From Alphaproteobacteria bacterium (GTDB lineage: Bacteria; Pseudomonadota; Alphaproteobacteria; UBA6615), in the NCBI GenBank assembly GCA_965261975.1, contig CBDHEC010000050.1:11107-75106 (forward strand): a stretch of 64,000 nt of DNA. The letters run 5' to 3'. Position 1 is the first letter of the stretch, and each line of letters starts with the position of its first letter. The position numbers and the translations under genes were made by a program. Below are positions 19,512-30,237 of this stretch, piece after piece. A model generated the notes under the pieces. It worked only from the letters and a program-made list of their open reading frames with translations. It searched no databases and was not told where the DNA came from.

Positions 19512-20794
19512 CTGCGATCGCTGACGACCCGCGGCCCGCCGTCCCCCGCCATGGCGTCGGCAATCAGGTCCTTGATCAGGGTTCCCATGGTCGCGTCCCG
19601 CGCGGCGTTATACGCGGCGACAAGCTCCGCCAGTGGCGCGGTCCAGCGCGGGTCCTCGTCGTTATCCAGGTAGGGTGCGCCCGGCCCGTATCCGAGCGCG
19701 ATGTATAGATCGGCCACGGTGACACCTTCGAGGTCACGGACCAGCACCGGCTGGTCTTCATCCGTGCGCGCGAGATAGCCCGAGCCCTGCAGCCGTGCCA
19801 GGACCAGCCCAAGGCCCGCGCCGTCGCCACCGGTCGCATCGAGCAACCGGTCCTCATCGACCACCTGGTTTTCGCGAGACGCCGCCAGCAGGCAACCGAT
19901 GGTCTGCAGCGCCCGCAGCAGCGCACGCGCCGGGGTCAACGGTCCGAAATCCTCGGCGCGGCGCGTCGCCAGCCATTCGGGCCGGGTTGCCGCCACGATG
20001 GCCCCAAACAGCACCACCGCCCAGACCAGATACATCCAGATCAGAAAGACCGGCAACGCGGCAAGGGAGCCATAGACACTCTCGAAAGTGCCCGCATTCT
20101 GGAGATAGATACCGAACACCGCCTTCAGCGCCTCGAACAGGATCCCCGCGACGAGCGCGCCCAGCAGGGCGTACCGAACCCCGACACGGCGATTGGGCAG
20201 GGCCAGATAAAGAATTGCGAAGCCGCCCACTGCGAACAGGAAAGGCAGCATGCGGAGGAAGAAATTGCGAATGACACCGAAGTCGAGCCCCAGGGGCATG
20301 AAGTTATTCATCGCGAACGCGGTGCTGACCGACAGGCCCGCACCGAGCAACAACGGCCCGAGGGTCAGCGTTGTCCAGTAGGCGACCAGGCGCATGGCAA
20401 GTGGCCGGGGCTTCTCGATCCGCCAGATGGCATTGAACGCCGTCTCGATCGTCGACAACAGCATGACCGCCGTCACCGCCAGCCAGACCACACCCAGCGT
20501 CGTCAGCTCGCTGGTGTTCGACACGAAGCGATCGACATAGGTCTCCAGCTCGCCGCCGATGTGCGGCGCGGTGTAGCTGAGCACGATCGAGAGCAGCTGC
20601 TGGGTCATGCCGTCGAAGACGGGAAAGGCCATCATCACGGAAAACGCGATCGCGAAGAGGGGGACAATCGCCAGCAGAGAGGTGTAACTCAGGGACGCGG
20701 CGGCCACGAGGACGCGATCTTTAGAAAACCGCCGGACGACCGTCCGCGCGAACTGAAGCTCGTCTGTCAGCCTGTTGAGTCGTTTTTCGTCCAT
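19508..20794 (-). CDS. YihY/BrkB family inner membrane protein with C-terminal extension
   Basis: AASLSYTSLLAIVP, IETAFNAIW, YWTTLTLGPLL, VYGSLAALPVFLIWMY; about six TM segments. Confidence 0.92.
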   Translation of the reverse strand: MDEKRLNRLTDELQFARTVVRRFSKDRVLVAAASLSYTSLLAIVPLFAIAFSVMMAFPVFDGMTQQLLSIVLSYTAPHIGGELETYVDRFVSNTSELTTLGVVWLAVTAVMLLSTIETAFNAIWRIEKPRPLAMRLVAYWTTLTLGPLLLGAGLSVSTAFAMNNFMPLGLDFGVIRNFFLRMLPFLFAVGGFAILYLALPNRRVGVRYALLGALVAGILFEALKAVFGIYLQNAGTFESVYGSLAALPVFLIWMYLVWAVVLFGAIVAATRPEWLATRRAEDFGPLTPARALLRALQTIGCLLAASRENQVVDEDRLLDATGGDGAGLGLVLARLQGSGYLARTDEDQPVLVRDLEGVTVADLYIALGYGPGAPYLDNDEDPRWTAPLAELVAAYNAARDATMGTLIKDLIADAMAGDGGPRVVSDRS

Positions 20795-20938
20795 GCGGGC
20801 CCTCGTTCGAACTTGCTAAGCCTATCAGAACAAACAAGAAATGCCATCCACACCAACCTATCCGCGTGGCCTTGCCGCACCACCCCTTTGGTGTAGGATG
20901 CCGCACAACGCGGCAAGGGGTCGATCAACGGGGTTTTC

Positions 20939-21781
20939 ATGGACGCTGCATCACAATTAATGGCTGGCAAACGCGGCCTCATCATGGGGGTCGCGAACGA
21001 CCGCTCCATCGCCTGGGGTATCGCCAAGATGGCGGCCGACCACGGCGCGGAACTGGCGTTCACCTTTCAGGGTGAAGCGCTGGAGAAACGCGTGCGACCG
21101 CTCGCCGAGTCCGTCGGGGGGTCGATGGTGCTTCCCTGCGACGTCACCGACGAGGCAAGCATGGACGCGGTCTTCGCCGAGATCGAAGCGACCTGGGGCA
21201 AGCTGGACTTCGTCGTCCACGCGATCGCCTATTCCGACAAGGAAGAGCTCAAGGGCAAGTATGTCGAAACCAGCCGCGCGAATTTCCAGCGCTCGCTCGA
21301 CATTTCCTGCTTCTCCTTCACCGACGTGTGCAAGCGCGCTTCGGCGATCATGCCGGACGGCGGCAGCCTGTTGACGCTGACCTACTACGGTGCCGAACGG
21401 GTGATGCCCCATTACAACGTCATGGGTGTTGCCAAGGCCGCGCTCGAGGCCAGCGTGCGTTACCTGGCGGTGGACCTGGGCGGCAACGGCATTCGCGTCA
21501 ACGCGATTTCGGCCGGCCCGATCAAGACCCTGGCCGCGAGCGGTATCGGCGACTTCCGCTACATCCTGAAATGGAACGAGCTGAACGCGCCGCTCAAGCA
21601 GAACGTCACCATCGACCAGGTCGGCGGCGCGGGCCTCTACCTGCTGAGCGACCTCGGTTCGGGCGTGACCGGCGAGACCCATCATGTCGACAGCGGCTAT
21701 AACGTGGTCGGCATGGTCGCGGTGGATGAAGCCGCCGGGGTCGCGGGTCTTCTCTCGGGCCTGAAGCCCGACGACGCATAG
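20939..21781 (+). CDS. fabI: Enoyl-ACP reductase
   Basis: [50 protein letters not shown]. Confidence 0.97.
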   Translation: MDAASQLMAGKRGLIMGVANDRSIAWGIAKMAADHGAELAFTFQGEALEKRVRPLAESVGGSMVLPCDVTDEASMDAVFAEIEATWGKLDFVVHAIAYSDKEELKGKYVETSRANFQRSLDISCFSFTDVCKRASAIMPDGGSLLTLTYYGAERVMPHYNVMGVAKAALEASVRYLAVDLGGNGIRVNAISAGPIKTLAASGIGDFRYILKWNELNAPLKQNVTIDQVGGAGLYLLSDLGSGVTGETHHVDSGYNVVGMVAVDEAAGVAGLLSGLKPDDA

Positions 21782-21813
21782 GCCAGCTTCCAGAAGACGA
21801 AGGAGTCACCGCC

Positions 21814-22932
21814 ATGGCCGGCAACAGCTTCGGCCAGATTTTCCGGTTCACCACCTGGGGCGAGAGCCACGGGCCCGCCATCGGCGTCGTCGTCGATGGT
21901 GTACCGCCGCAGGTGCCGTTTGACGAGACCGACATCCAGGGCTGGCTCGACCGCCGCCGCCCGGGCCAGTCGCGCTTCACGACCCAGCGCCAGGAACCAG
22001 ACGCGGTGAAAATCCTGTCCGGCGTGTTCGAGGGCCAGACGACCGGCGCCCCGGTCTCGATGATGATCGAGAATGTGGACGCGCGCTCGAAAGACTATTC
22101 CGAGATCGCGAGCAAGTACCGGCCGGGTCATGCCGACTACACCTATGACGCCAAATACGGCATCCGCGACTATCGCGGTGGCGGACGCTCCTCGGCGCGT
22201 GAGACCGCGAGCCGCGTGGCGGCCGGCGCCCTTGCCCGAAAAGTCATCGAACATCTCGTGCCCGGCGGAATCACACTCCGCGGCGCGCTGGTACAGGTCG
22301 GCACCATGGCGATCGACCGTGCCAACTGGGACTGGGGCGTGATCGGCGACAACCCGTTCTGGTGCCCGGACCCCGCAATGGCGGGACAGTGGGAGGCCTA
22401 TCTCGACGACATCCGCAAGGCGGGCTCTTCCGTCGGCGCGGTGATCGAGGTCGTCGCCGAGGGCCTGCCGGTCGGGCTCGGCGAACCCATCTACGGCAAG
22501 ATCGATTCCGACCTGGCCGCGGCCATGCTCACGATCAACGCCGTGAAGGGCGTCGAGATCGGTGCGGGCATGGGCGCGGCAGCGCTCACCGGCGAGGAAA
22601 ATGCCGACGAGATGCGCATGGACGGCGACAAGGTCACCTTCGGCTCCAACCATGCAGGCGGCGTGCTCGGCGGCATCACCACCGGACAGGACCTGGTGGT
22701 GCGTTTCGCCGTGAAGCCCACCAGCTCGATCCTGACCCCGCGCGACACGGTCAGCCGCGAGGGCGACGACACGGACATCTCCACCAAGGGCCGCCACGAC
22801 CCGTGCGTGGGCATCCGTGCGGTACCCGTCGGCGAGGCGATGATGGCCTGTGTGATCGCCGACCACCTGCTGCGCCACCGCGCCCAGATCGGCAGCTTCG
22901 AATCCCAGGCGCCCCACGCGAACCACGACTAG
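21814..22932 (+). CDS. aroC: Chorismate synthase
   Basis: [38 protein letters not shown]. Confidence 0.98.
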   Translation: MAGNSFGQIFRFTTWGESHGPAIGVVVDGVPPQVPFDETDIQGWLDRRRPGQSRFTTQRQEPDAVKILSGVFEGQTTGAPVSMMIENVDARSKDYSEIASKYRPGHADYTYDAKYGIRDYRGGGRSSARETASRVAAGALARKVIEHLVPGGITLRGALVQVGTMAIDRANWDWGVIGDNPFWCPDPAMAGQWEAYLDDIRKAGSSVGAVIEVVAEGLPVGLGEPIYGKIDSDLAAAMLTINAVKGVEIGAGMGAAALTGEENADEMRMDGDKVTFGSNHAGGVLGGITTGQDLVVRFAVKPTSSILTPRDTVSREGDDTDISTKGRHDPCVGIRAVPVGEAMMACVIADHLLRHRAQIGSFESQAPHANHD

Positions 22933-23033
22933 GCCGTGGAATAGCTGCCATGGCCGGCCGGCATGGCCCGCCGAACCGGGCAGCCTTATACTCCTAATCG
23001 ACGAACAACCGCCCGACCTGACGGAGACACCCC

Positions 23034-23660
23034 ATGGCCAAGAAGAAGCGCGAGACCCCCGATCAGCTGCAGCATATTTCGAAACTGCCGATCCCCGATC
23101 CCGACGGGCTGCCGGAGGATCTGCAGAAATACATGCGGATCTGCCAGGAAAAGCTGGGGCTGATCCCCAACGTGATCCGCGCCTTCTCACTCCGGCCCGA
23201 GAAACTCCGGACCTTCATCGGCAAGTACAACGAGCTGATGCTCGGCGAAGACGCCCTGCTGACCAGGCTCGAGCGCGAGATGATCGCCGTCGTGGTGTCC
23301 TCCCACAACCACTGCGTCTACTGCATCACGTCTCACAGCCAGGCGGTGCGTGAGCTGTCGGACGACCCGGTGCTGGGCGACATCCTGATGATCAACTACC
23401 GCGAGGCGAACCTGACCGAGCGCCAGCGCGCGATCCTCGATTACACCTTCAAGTTGACCTCGAACCCGGCCGAGCTGGGCGATGCGGACCGCCAGAAGCT
23501 GACCGATGCGGGGCTGGGCCCGAAGGAGATCTTCGAGGTGACCGACACCACGGCCTATTTCAACTACACCAACCGCATGACCCACGGGCTGGGGATGCTG
23601 CCGAACGAGGAGTATTTCGGCATGAACCGCCTGCCCGATCCGGGCCTGCACGGCAAATAA
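23034..23660 (+). CDS. Peroxidase-related enzyme (AhpD/CMD family)
   Basis: EREMIAVVVSSHNHCVYCITSH, FNYTNR. Confidence 0.9.
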   Translation: MAKKKRETPDQLQHISKLPIPDPDGLPEDLQKYMRICQEKLGLIPNVIRAFSLRPEKLRTFIGKYNELMLGEDALLTRLEREMIAVVVSSHNHCVYCITSHSQAVRELSDDPVLGDILMINYREANLTERQRAILDYTFKLTSNPAELGDADRQKLTDAGLGPKEIFEVTDTTAYFNYTNRMTHGLGMLPNEEYFGMNRLPDPGLHGK

Positions 23661-23752
23661 ACGGACCGAAACGACTTATCGCGCGAAGTTGTTCTCCGGC
23701 CACGCCGACCCCATGTAGGATGCGACGGTCGAAACCCTGCAGGAGGTATCGG

Positions 23753-24394
23753 GTGCGGACGATTTCAGGCTTCCTCGGCGCGTTGGCGCTGATGATCGGG
23801 CTTTCCACCGGCCAGGCCGGTGCGCATCCGCATGTCTGGATCGATCTCGAGACGAAACCCGTCTTCAACGCCGACGGAAACGTGACGGGGCTTGAAGTCG
23901 CCTGGATCTTCGACCCGTTCTACACGGTGTTTGCGATCGAGGAGCAACGGACCGAAGACGGTGTCGACCAGGAAGGGTTGAACCGAATGGTCGCCACGAA
24001 CCTCCAGCGGCTACGGCCATACGACTTCTTCACCGACATCCGGGCCAACGGCGCGAAGGTGAAGCTGGGCCCGGTCGAGACCTTCAACGCCGGGCTGCTG
24101 GACGACAAGCTCTGGATGCATTTCGTCGTCACCTTCGAAACGCCCGTCGATCCGCGTGGCGAGTCATTGTCCTACGCCGTCTACGATCCGACCTTCTATA
24201 TCGAGATCGCCTATGCGGATCGCGCAAAGGCCAATCTCGACGCCGCAAGCATACCCGGCTGCCAGGCGGAACTCGAGGAGGCCAATCCGACGGCCGAGAC
24301 GATCACCCTCGCCCAGTCACTGGACGCTGCCGCGACCGGCCCCGACAACCTCGGCGAATTGTTTGCCCAACGGGTTCGCATCGAATGCAGCTGA
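23753..24394 (+). CDS. DUF1007 family periplasmic protein
   Basis: GTG after AGGAGG; signal peptide then HPHVWID; WIFD; VYDPTFY. Confidence 0.88.
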   Translation: MRTISGFLGALALMIGLSTGQAGAHPHVWIDLETKPVFNADGNVTGLEVAWIFDPFYTVFAIEEQRTEDGVDQEGLNRMVATNLQRLRPYDFFTDIRANGAKVKLGPVETFNAGLLDDKLWMHFVVTFETPVDPRGESLSYAVYDPTFYIEIAYADRAKANLDAASIPGCQAELEEANPTAETITLAQSLDAAATGPDNLGELFAQRVRIECS

Positions 24395-25341
24395 AGACAG
24401 ACTCTGCTGCGCTGCGGGGGTTCGCGGTCCCGCTCCTGCTGGCCGTGGGGATCGTGGCACTCTGGCTGGTCGCCATCTACCTGTTCAATGACACCTGGCG
24501 CCTCGTCCTGTCCGATATCCAGGCCATGCAACGGGACCTGCAGGGCGGCCTCGCCGACGCGACCCGCCTCGTCGCCGAGAACGGCGCCGGCGCGGCCTGG
24601 ACCCTGATCGGGTTGAGTTTCGCCTATGGCGTGCTCCATGCCGCCGGGCCGGGGCACGGCAAGATGGTGATCTCGACCTATCTTTTGACCAACGAGGGCG
24701 CGGTCAGGCGATCTCTGATTCTCTCCGTTTTGGCAGCCTTGATGCAGGGTGTGACCGCGATCGTGATCATCGAGGTGGTGCTGACGATCATCGGCGCCAG
24801 CATGCGCGAGGCGACGGGAATTGCGAACAAGCTCGAGATGACCAGCTACGCGCTGGTCGCCGTGCTCGGGTTGATCCTTGCAGGCGTCACCGCGCGCCGG
24901 CTGGTCCAGCGCACGCGCAATCCCCATGCCCATGACGCTTGCGGCTCCTGCGGGCATAGCCACGCACCCGACATGACCCATATAGGCGACAAGGGATCGC
25001 TGAGTGCGCTCGTCGCGGTCATCTTCTCGATCGGGCTGCGGCCATGCACCGGCGCCATTCTGGTGCTGATTCTGGCGAATGTGCTTGGCCTGCGGTTCAC
25101 CGCCTGGGCGGCCGTCTTTGCCATGTCCGCCGGGACGGCGCTGACCGTGTCCGCCATCGCACTGGCCTCGGTCTATGCCCGTCAGGCGACCTTGCGCGCT
25201 GCCGAACGCTGGCCCCAGAGCTCGGGAAAACTCCCGGTCATGCTCGATGGTATCGCCTTCTGCGGCGGCATCCTGATCATCGCGCTGGGTATATCCCTGC
25301 TGCAAAGCGCGGTGACCATTGCAAATCACCCGCTTCTCTAG
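24385..25341 (+). CDS. Nickel/cobalt transporter (RcnA/NicO family)
   Basis: YGVLHAAGPGHGK, His/Cys loop HAHDACGSCGHSH, GLRPCTGA; usual partner of DUF1007. Confidence 0.9.
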   Translation: MQLKTDSAALRGFAVPLLLAVGIVALWLVAIYLFNDTWRLVLSDIQAMQRDLQGGLADATRLVAENGAGAAWTLIGLSFAYGVLHAAGPGHGKMVISTYLLTNEGAVRRSLILSVLAALMQGVTAIVIIEVVLTIIGASMREATGIANKLEMTSYALVAVLGLILAGVTARRLVQRTRNPHAHDACGSCGHSHAPDMTHIGDKGSLSALVAVIFSIGLRPCTGAILVLILANVLGLRFTAWAAVFAMSAGTALTVSAIALASVYARQATLRAAERWPQSSGKLPVMLDGIAFCGGILIIALGISLLQSAVTIANHPLL

Positions 25342-26633
25342 CGCGAGAACACGGCCACCAGTTCTACATGCCCGGACCAGACGAACTGGTCGACCGGCGT
25401 GACTTGCTCCAGCGTGTAGCCACCCTCGGTCAAGGTCAGCGCATCGCGGGCGAAGGTCGTGGGGTTACACGACACGGCGACGACCCGTGATGCGTCCGAC
25501 TGGGCGATTTCCCCGGCCTGGGCCGGCGCTCCGGCGCGTGGCGGGTCGAACACGATCGTCTCGATACGTTTGAAGTCTGCCGCCGCCATCGGCTGGCGCA
25601 CCAGGTCCCGCACCTCGGCCGTCACCTGACCGCCGAAGCCGGCGGTGCCCGCCGCGCGGGCCAGTGCTGCGATGGCAGCTTCGTCTCCGTCCACCGCCAG
25701 GACATTCGCCCCCGCGGCGGCCAGCGGCAGAGCAAAGGTGCCCACCCCGCAGTAAAGATCGGCCACGCGTGAGCCCTGGCTCGCTCCAACGACAAGGTCT
25801 GCCAGCACCCGCTCAGCCTCCGCGCTCGCCTGCAGGAACACGCCTGGTGGTATTTCGACGGGAATGCCCGAAAGTTCGAGCAACGGTGTTCGATGCAGCG
25901 CCACGGGTTCGATCCCATCCCGGCTGCTTCCCTCCCGCTGCCAGGCGATCCGCGCCAATCCCTGTGCGTCGGCGAACATGGCCAGCGCCATGCTCGCGTC
26001 CGGGCCCGGCTCATGGGCCGCCACGATCAGCACGTCGAACCCGTTGTCGGCGACGGTCACCGAAACATCCCAACGCGCACCCGGCGGCACGATGTCGGCC
26101 AGGGTCTCGCGCAGCTTCGGCACCAGCGCCATCAGTTCCGGGTGCAGGATCAGGCATTCCTCCAGCTCCACCACATGGCGGCTGGCGCGGGTGTGAAACC
26201 CGAAGAAGGTCTTCGCGCCCTTCGCGCGTGGCCGGAACGCCGCGAAGGTCGCGCGGCGTCGACCGGCATGGCCGGTCGGGATCAGCGGCGCGACAAGGTC
26301 GGGATCGAACCCCACCCGCTGGATGGCCGTGGCCACCAGTTCCCGCTTCCAGGCGTGATAAGCGTCCATCCCGAGATGCTGGACGCTGCAGCCGCCGCAG
26401 GTCGCGAAGTGGCGGCATGGCGGTGTGGTTCTTTGATCCGACGGGGTCTCGACCTCCAACAGCTTGGCTTCGAGCCCGTCACCGCGCTTGTTGCCCGGGC
26501 GCACCCGCACCCGCTCGCCCGGCAGCGCGCCGGCGATGTACAGGTGTCCCCGCTCCCGGCCCCCCGGGTTCTTCGCGATCCCGTCGCCGCGCGGGCCGAG
26601 CGTCTCGACCTCGACCGTCACCTCATCCGTCAT
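25338..26633 (-). CDS. rlmD: 23S rRNA m5U methyltransferase (RlmD/TrmA family)
   Basis: TRAM-like N-terminus, CRHFATCGGC Fe-S motif, FLQAS, DLYCGVG, DPPRAG, VSCNPTT, VDQF...HVE. Confidence 0.88.
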   Translation of the reverse strand: MTDEVTVEVETLGPRGDGIAKNPGGRERGHLYIAGALPGERVRVRPGNKRGDGLEAKLLEVETPSDQRTTPPCRHFATCGGCSVQHLGMDAYHAWKRELVATAIQRVGFDPDLVAPLIPTGHAGRRRATFAAFRPRAKGAKTFFGFHTRASRHVVELEECLILHPELMALVPKLRETLADIVPPGARWDVSVTVADNGFDVLIVAAHEPGPDASMALAMFADAQGLARIAWQREGSSRDGIEPVALHRTPLLELSGIPVEIPPGVFLQASAEAERVLADLVVGASQGSRVADLYCGVGTFALPLAAAGANVLAVDGDEAAIAALARAAGTAGFGGQVTAEVRDLVRQPMAAADFKRIETIVFDPPRAGAPAQAGEIAQSDASRVVAVSCNPTTFARDALTLTEGGYTLEQVTPVDQFVWSGHVELVAVFSR

Positions 26634-27396
26634 AAACCGCCCCGATCAGAAATTCCTTGTTGCCTTCGGGGCCCGTGATCGGGCTTTCCGCTAAACCGGT
26701 CACCCGCCAGCCGTCCAACCCGTCGAGCCAGTCGCGAATTCGCGTACAGACCGCCTCGTGCAGGGCCGGGTCGCGCACCACGCCCTTCTTGCCGACATCG
26801 GCCTTGCCGACCTCGAACTGGGGCTTGATCAACGCCACCAGGCGCGCGCCGGGTGCGGCCAGCGCCATGGAAGCCGGCAGCACGACCTCCAGCCCGATGA
26901 AGCTCGCATCGCAGACGATCGCATCCACCGGTTCGGGGACTTGTTCCGCCGTCAGGTGCCGGGCATTGGTCTTCTCCAGCACGACCACGCGGTCGTCGTT
27001 GCGCAGCTTCCAGGCGAACTGCCCGTGCCCCACATCGACGGCGTAGACCCGCGCGGCGCCGCGAGACAGCAATACGTCCGTGAAACCACCCGTGGAGGCG
27101 CCCACATCGATCGCCACGGCACCGGTCATGTCGATCCCAAGTTCGTCCAGCGCGTGGTCCAGTTTGAGCCCACCGCGGCTGACCCAGGGGTGATCCTGGC
27201 CGCGCAGCTCCAGCGGCGCATCTTCGGCGATATTTTCCCCCGCCTTCTCGACCCGGCGCTCGCCGGAGAAAATCTTGCCCGCCAGGATGAGGGCCTGGGC
27301 CCGCGAGCGCGTCTCCACGAGCCCACGCTCGACCAGCGCCACGTCGGCGCGGGTCTTGGCGGATTTCTTCGACGGTGATGTTTTGTGCTGTGCCAC
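26623..27396 (-). CDS. tlyA: TlyA family rRNA 2'-O-methyltransferase
   Basis: S4 domain (RADVALVERGL), WVSRGGLKL, DVGASTGGFTD, LIKPQFE, SPITGPEGNKEF. Confidence 0.96.
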   Translation of the reverse strand: MAQHKTSPSKKSAKTRADVALVERGLVETRSRAQALILAGKIFSGERRVEKAGENIAEDAPLELRGQDHPWVSRGGLKLDHALDELGIDMTGAVAIDVGASTGGFTDVLLSRGAARVYAVDVGHGQFAWKLRNDDRVVVLEKTNARHLTAEQVPEPVDAIVCDASFIGLEVVLPASMALAAPGARLVALIKPQFEVGKADVGKKGVVRDPALHEAVCTRIRDWLDGLDGWRVTGLAESPITGPEGNKEFLIGAVYDG

Positions 27397-27525
27397 CGGA
27401 AGGGATTAGCACGATTATCGGGTAACCTCACCGTCATACGCGGACCCGATCAGGACGTTTGTGGTTGCCTTCCAGGACTGTAAGATCGGCCCCAACAACA
27501 ATATTTCGCGACCGGGGGACAATTC

Positions 27526-28449
27526 ATGACGCAACGTATCGGACTGGTGGGCATGGGCCTGATGGGCCAGGCCTTCATCAAGAACATGCGCGAACGCCAG
27601 TTCATGGTGCAGGGCTTCGACACGGATCCGGCCCGCATGGACCAGCTCGCCGAGGCCGGCGGCCACCCGGCCGACACGCCGGCCGCCGCGGCCAAGGGCG
27701 TGGACCGGGTGATCGTCTCCGTCCCCACCAGCGACATCGCGCGGTCGGTCATCTTCGAGGATGGCAGCGGGCTCGCGGCCGGCGCCGAGGAAGGCCTGAT
27801 CGTCATGGACACGACCACGGCGCGGCCCGAGGACAGCGAACGCACGGCGGCCGAGCTCAAGGAAATGGGCATCGCCTACCTCGACTCCGCCGTGTCCGGC
27901 ACCTCGACCATGGCCCAGGCGGGCGACCTGGTGGTGATCGCCGGCGGCGAGGAAGCCGATTTCGAGGCTTGCCTCGAGGCCTTCGCGGGCTTCTCGCGCG
28001 CCGCCTACTTCATGGGGCCGTCGGGTTCGGGGGCGCGGACAAAGCTGATCATCAACCTCATTCTGGCGGGTAACCGCCTCGCCATGGCCGAGGGCATGCT
28101 GCTGGGCGAGAAGGCCGGGCTCGATTCCAACAACCTCCTGTCGGTGATCCAGGACGGGGCGTCGAGCTCCAAGACCATGGTCGACAAGGGCCCGAAGATG
28201 ATCGATGCCGACTACTCCCAGCAGGGCAAGGTGGCAATCAGCCTCAAGGACTCCCGCCTGATGCAGGACATGGGCCGGGCCCTCGGCGCACCGACCCTGA
28301 TGATCCAGGTCTACTCGCAACTCATGCAGGCGGCGCTCGAGAAGGGCTACGGCCAGAAGGACACGGTCGCCTTCTACGAGATCATGCGCGGCATGGCCGG
28401 GCTCGAGGAACGCGAGGGCATCGACGACGTGCCGATGGAAAAGGGGTGA
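27526..28449 (+). CDS. NAD(P)-dependent oxidoreductase, 3-hydroxyisobutyrate/6-phosphogluconate dehydrogenase family
   Basis: GLVGMGLMG, LDSAVSG, GSGARTKLIIN catalytic Lys, LKD. Confidence 0.9.
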   Translation: MTQRIGLVGMGLMGQAFIKNMRERQFMVQGFDTDPARMDQLAEAGGHPADTPAAAAKGVDRVIVSVPTSDIARSVIFEDGSGLAAGAEEGLIVMDTTTARPEDSERTAAELKEMGIAYLDSAVSGTSTMAQAGDLVVIAGGEEADFEACLEAFAGFSRAAYFMGPSGSGARTKLIINLILAGNRLAMAEGMLLGEKAGLDSNNLLSVIQDGASSSKTMVDKGPKMIDADYSQQGKVAISLKDSRLMQDMGRALGAPTLMIQVYSQLMQAALEKGYGQKDTVAFYEIMRGMAGLEEREGIDDVPMEKG

Positions 28450-28892
28450 TGAGGTCTACGTCGGCAACAATACTTGCCACTTGCCTCTTACTTTTGCCCT
28501 CGTGGGAAGCAAACTCGGATTCGGGAGTATCCACTGTTCACTCTTGTGAGCATGCGCTGACATTCTCTGACGATAGAGGAAATGTGATCCTTCTCGATCG
28601 GAACGGACTAAAAGCACTAGCGGTTGTTCCATCGCCGAAAGGTGAAAACCCGGACAAGAATAACGATACAGTCCGCGTACACATTGGACTTAACGAGGAA
28701 AACGAGCGACGGTTCGAGAACATGACGAGAAGCAACGTCGGAAGAACAATCAAAATAAGTCTCGGAAAAAAGGTGCTGTCAGAACCAAAAGTCGCAATGC
28801 CCATTTTTGGGGGGACAATGGTCATGTTCGGGGTCGATACCCAGACTGCGGAAGAAATGAAACGAGCCTCAAAGCTAAATTGCACGCCTTGA
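28446..28892 (+). CDS. Small secreted protein with SecDF P1 head-like subdomain; low GC
   Basis: Signal-like N-terminus. VHIGLNEENERRFENMTRSNVGRTIKISLGKKVLSEPKVAMPIFGG resembles the SecD F..lT..n.g..laI.lD..v.saP.i...I.gG pattern. Visibly AT-richer than its neighbours. Confidence 0.65.
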   Translation: MMRSTSATILATCLLLLPSWEANSDSGVSTVHSCEHALTFSDDRGNVILLDRNGLKALAVVPSPKGENPDKNNDTVRVHIGLNEENERRFENMTRSNVGRTIKISLGKKVLSEPKVAMPIFGGTMVMFGVDTQTAEEMKRASKLNCTP

Positions 28893-28933
28893 TGATCCCT
28901 CCACGATTTCGATCACCATGACAAACTAGCCAT

Positions 28934-30106
28934 ATGTCTTCCATCTCCGCCGCCCTCAATATCGAAGACCTCCGCCGCCTGGCGAAGAAGCGCCTGACGA
29001 AAGGCCTGTTCGAGTTCTGCGACCGGGGCTCCGAGGACGACGTCGCGCTGCGCCACAACCGCGACGCGCTGGAGCGGATCAAGTTGCGCTCGCGCGTCCT
29101 CAACGACACGTCTTCAAGGCATACCAAGTCCGAGATTTTCGGCCAGCCCGTCGACATGCCCGTGGTCATCGGGCCGACGGGGCCGGCGGGCTTCGTCTGG
29201 TACCGGGGCGAGACGGCGCTGGCCCAGGCGGCGGCCAAGGCGGGCATTCCCTTCACGGTGGCCAGCACGTCGAACACGCCCATGGAGCAGATCGTCGAGA
29301 ATGGCGGCGGCGGGCGGCTGTGGTATCACCTGTATGTCTGGCGCGACATGGAGGCCTCCCTCAAGGCCGTGCCCCGGGCCGAGGCGGCCGGTTTCGAGGC
29401 GCTGGTCCTGACCGTCGATTCGACCATTCCCTATAACCGCGAATTCGACGTGCGCAACGGCACCACCATGCCCGTACGCCTGACCCCGCGGAACATCGCC
29501 GACCTGGCGACCCACCCGCGCTGGCTGTTCGGCACCGTCGGGCGCTACCTGATGGCCGACGGCCACCTGCCCCGCTACCTCAATATCGACATGCCCGAGG
29601 GGCTCTCGTCGACGGGCGTGCGCGACTTCCTGTTCAAGAACGACACGCTGGACTGGGAATTCTTGAAGCGGATTCGCGACATGTGGCCTCGCAAGCTGGT
29701 GGTGAAGGGCATCCTCCACGCCGACGACGCCGCCAAATGCGCCGAATACGGCGTGGATGCGGTGGTGATCTCCAACCATGGGGGCATTTCATCGGATGCG
29801 GCCCTGGCGCCCATCGACGTGCTGCCGTCGGTGGTTCGCGAGGTCGGCGACCGGATGACCGTGATCGTCGATTCAGGTTTCCGGCGCGGCTCCGACATCC
29901 TCAAGGGTCTCGCCCTGGGCGCCGACGCGGTGATCGTCGGCCGCGCGACACTCTATGGAGTCTCGGCCGGCGGCGAGCCCGGTGCGACCCGGGCCCTGGA
30001 AATCCTCCATGCCGAGCTGCGCCGGACCATGGGCGTGCTGGCGCTGAGCGACCTGGCGGACATCACCCGCGATCACGTGGTCATGCCCCACGAACTGCCG
30101 CTCTAG
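28934..30106 (+). CDS. FMN-dependent alpha-hydroxy acid oxidase family protein (atypical active site)
   Basis: NIEDLRRLAKKRL, LTVD, VVKGI, SNHGG, DSGFRRGSDILK, GRATLYG. Confidence 0.92.
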   Translation: MSSISAALNIEDLRRLAKKRLTKGLFEFCDRGSEDDVALRHNRDALERIKLRSRVLNDTSSRHTKSEIFGQPVDMPVVIGPTGPAGFVWYRGETALAQAAAKAGIPFTVASTSNTPMEQIVENGGGGRLWYHLYVWRDMEASLKAVPRAEAAGFEALVLTVDSTIPYNREFDVRNGTTMPVRLTPRNIADLATHPRWLFGTVGRYLMADGHLPRYLNIDMPEGLSSTGVRDFLFKNDTLDWEFLKRIRDMWPRKLVVKGILHADDAAKCAEYGVDAVVISNHGGISSDAALAPIDVLPSVVREVGDRMTVIVDSGFRRGSDILKGLALGADAVIVGRATLYGVSAGGEPGATRALEILHAELRRTMGVLALSDLADITRDHVVMPHELPL

Positions 30107-30144
30107 GCACCGCAAAACATCCGGAGTATTGAGTTCACACCGCG

Positions 30145-30170
30145 CAATTGGGTCAAATTCGATCCAATTG
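30145..30170. promoter_or_regulatory. Inverted repeat CAATTGGGTC-N6-GATCCAATTG, candidate operator
   Basis: Arms are 9/10 complementary; lies upstream of the small ORF at 30238. Confidence 0.4.
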
Positions 30171-30237
30171 ATGACCGGGAATCGCATTCAGACGGTATTA
30201 TGGCGTTCATTTTGTTGAACGCGCTTGGAGTCCCCTG

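Noticed and set aside
26623-27396. TlyA as a hemolysin/virulence factor
   Set aside because: It is in its usual housekeeping context beside rlmD, with methyltransferase motifs intact.
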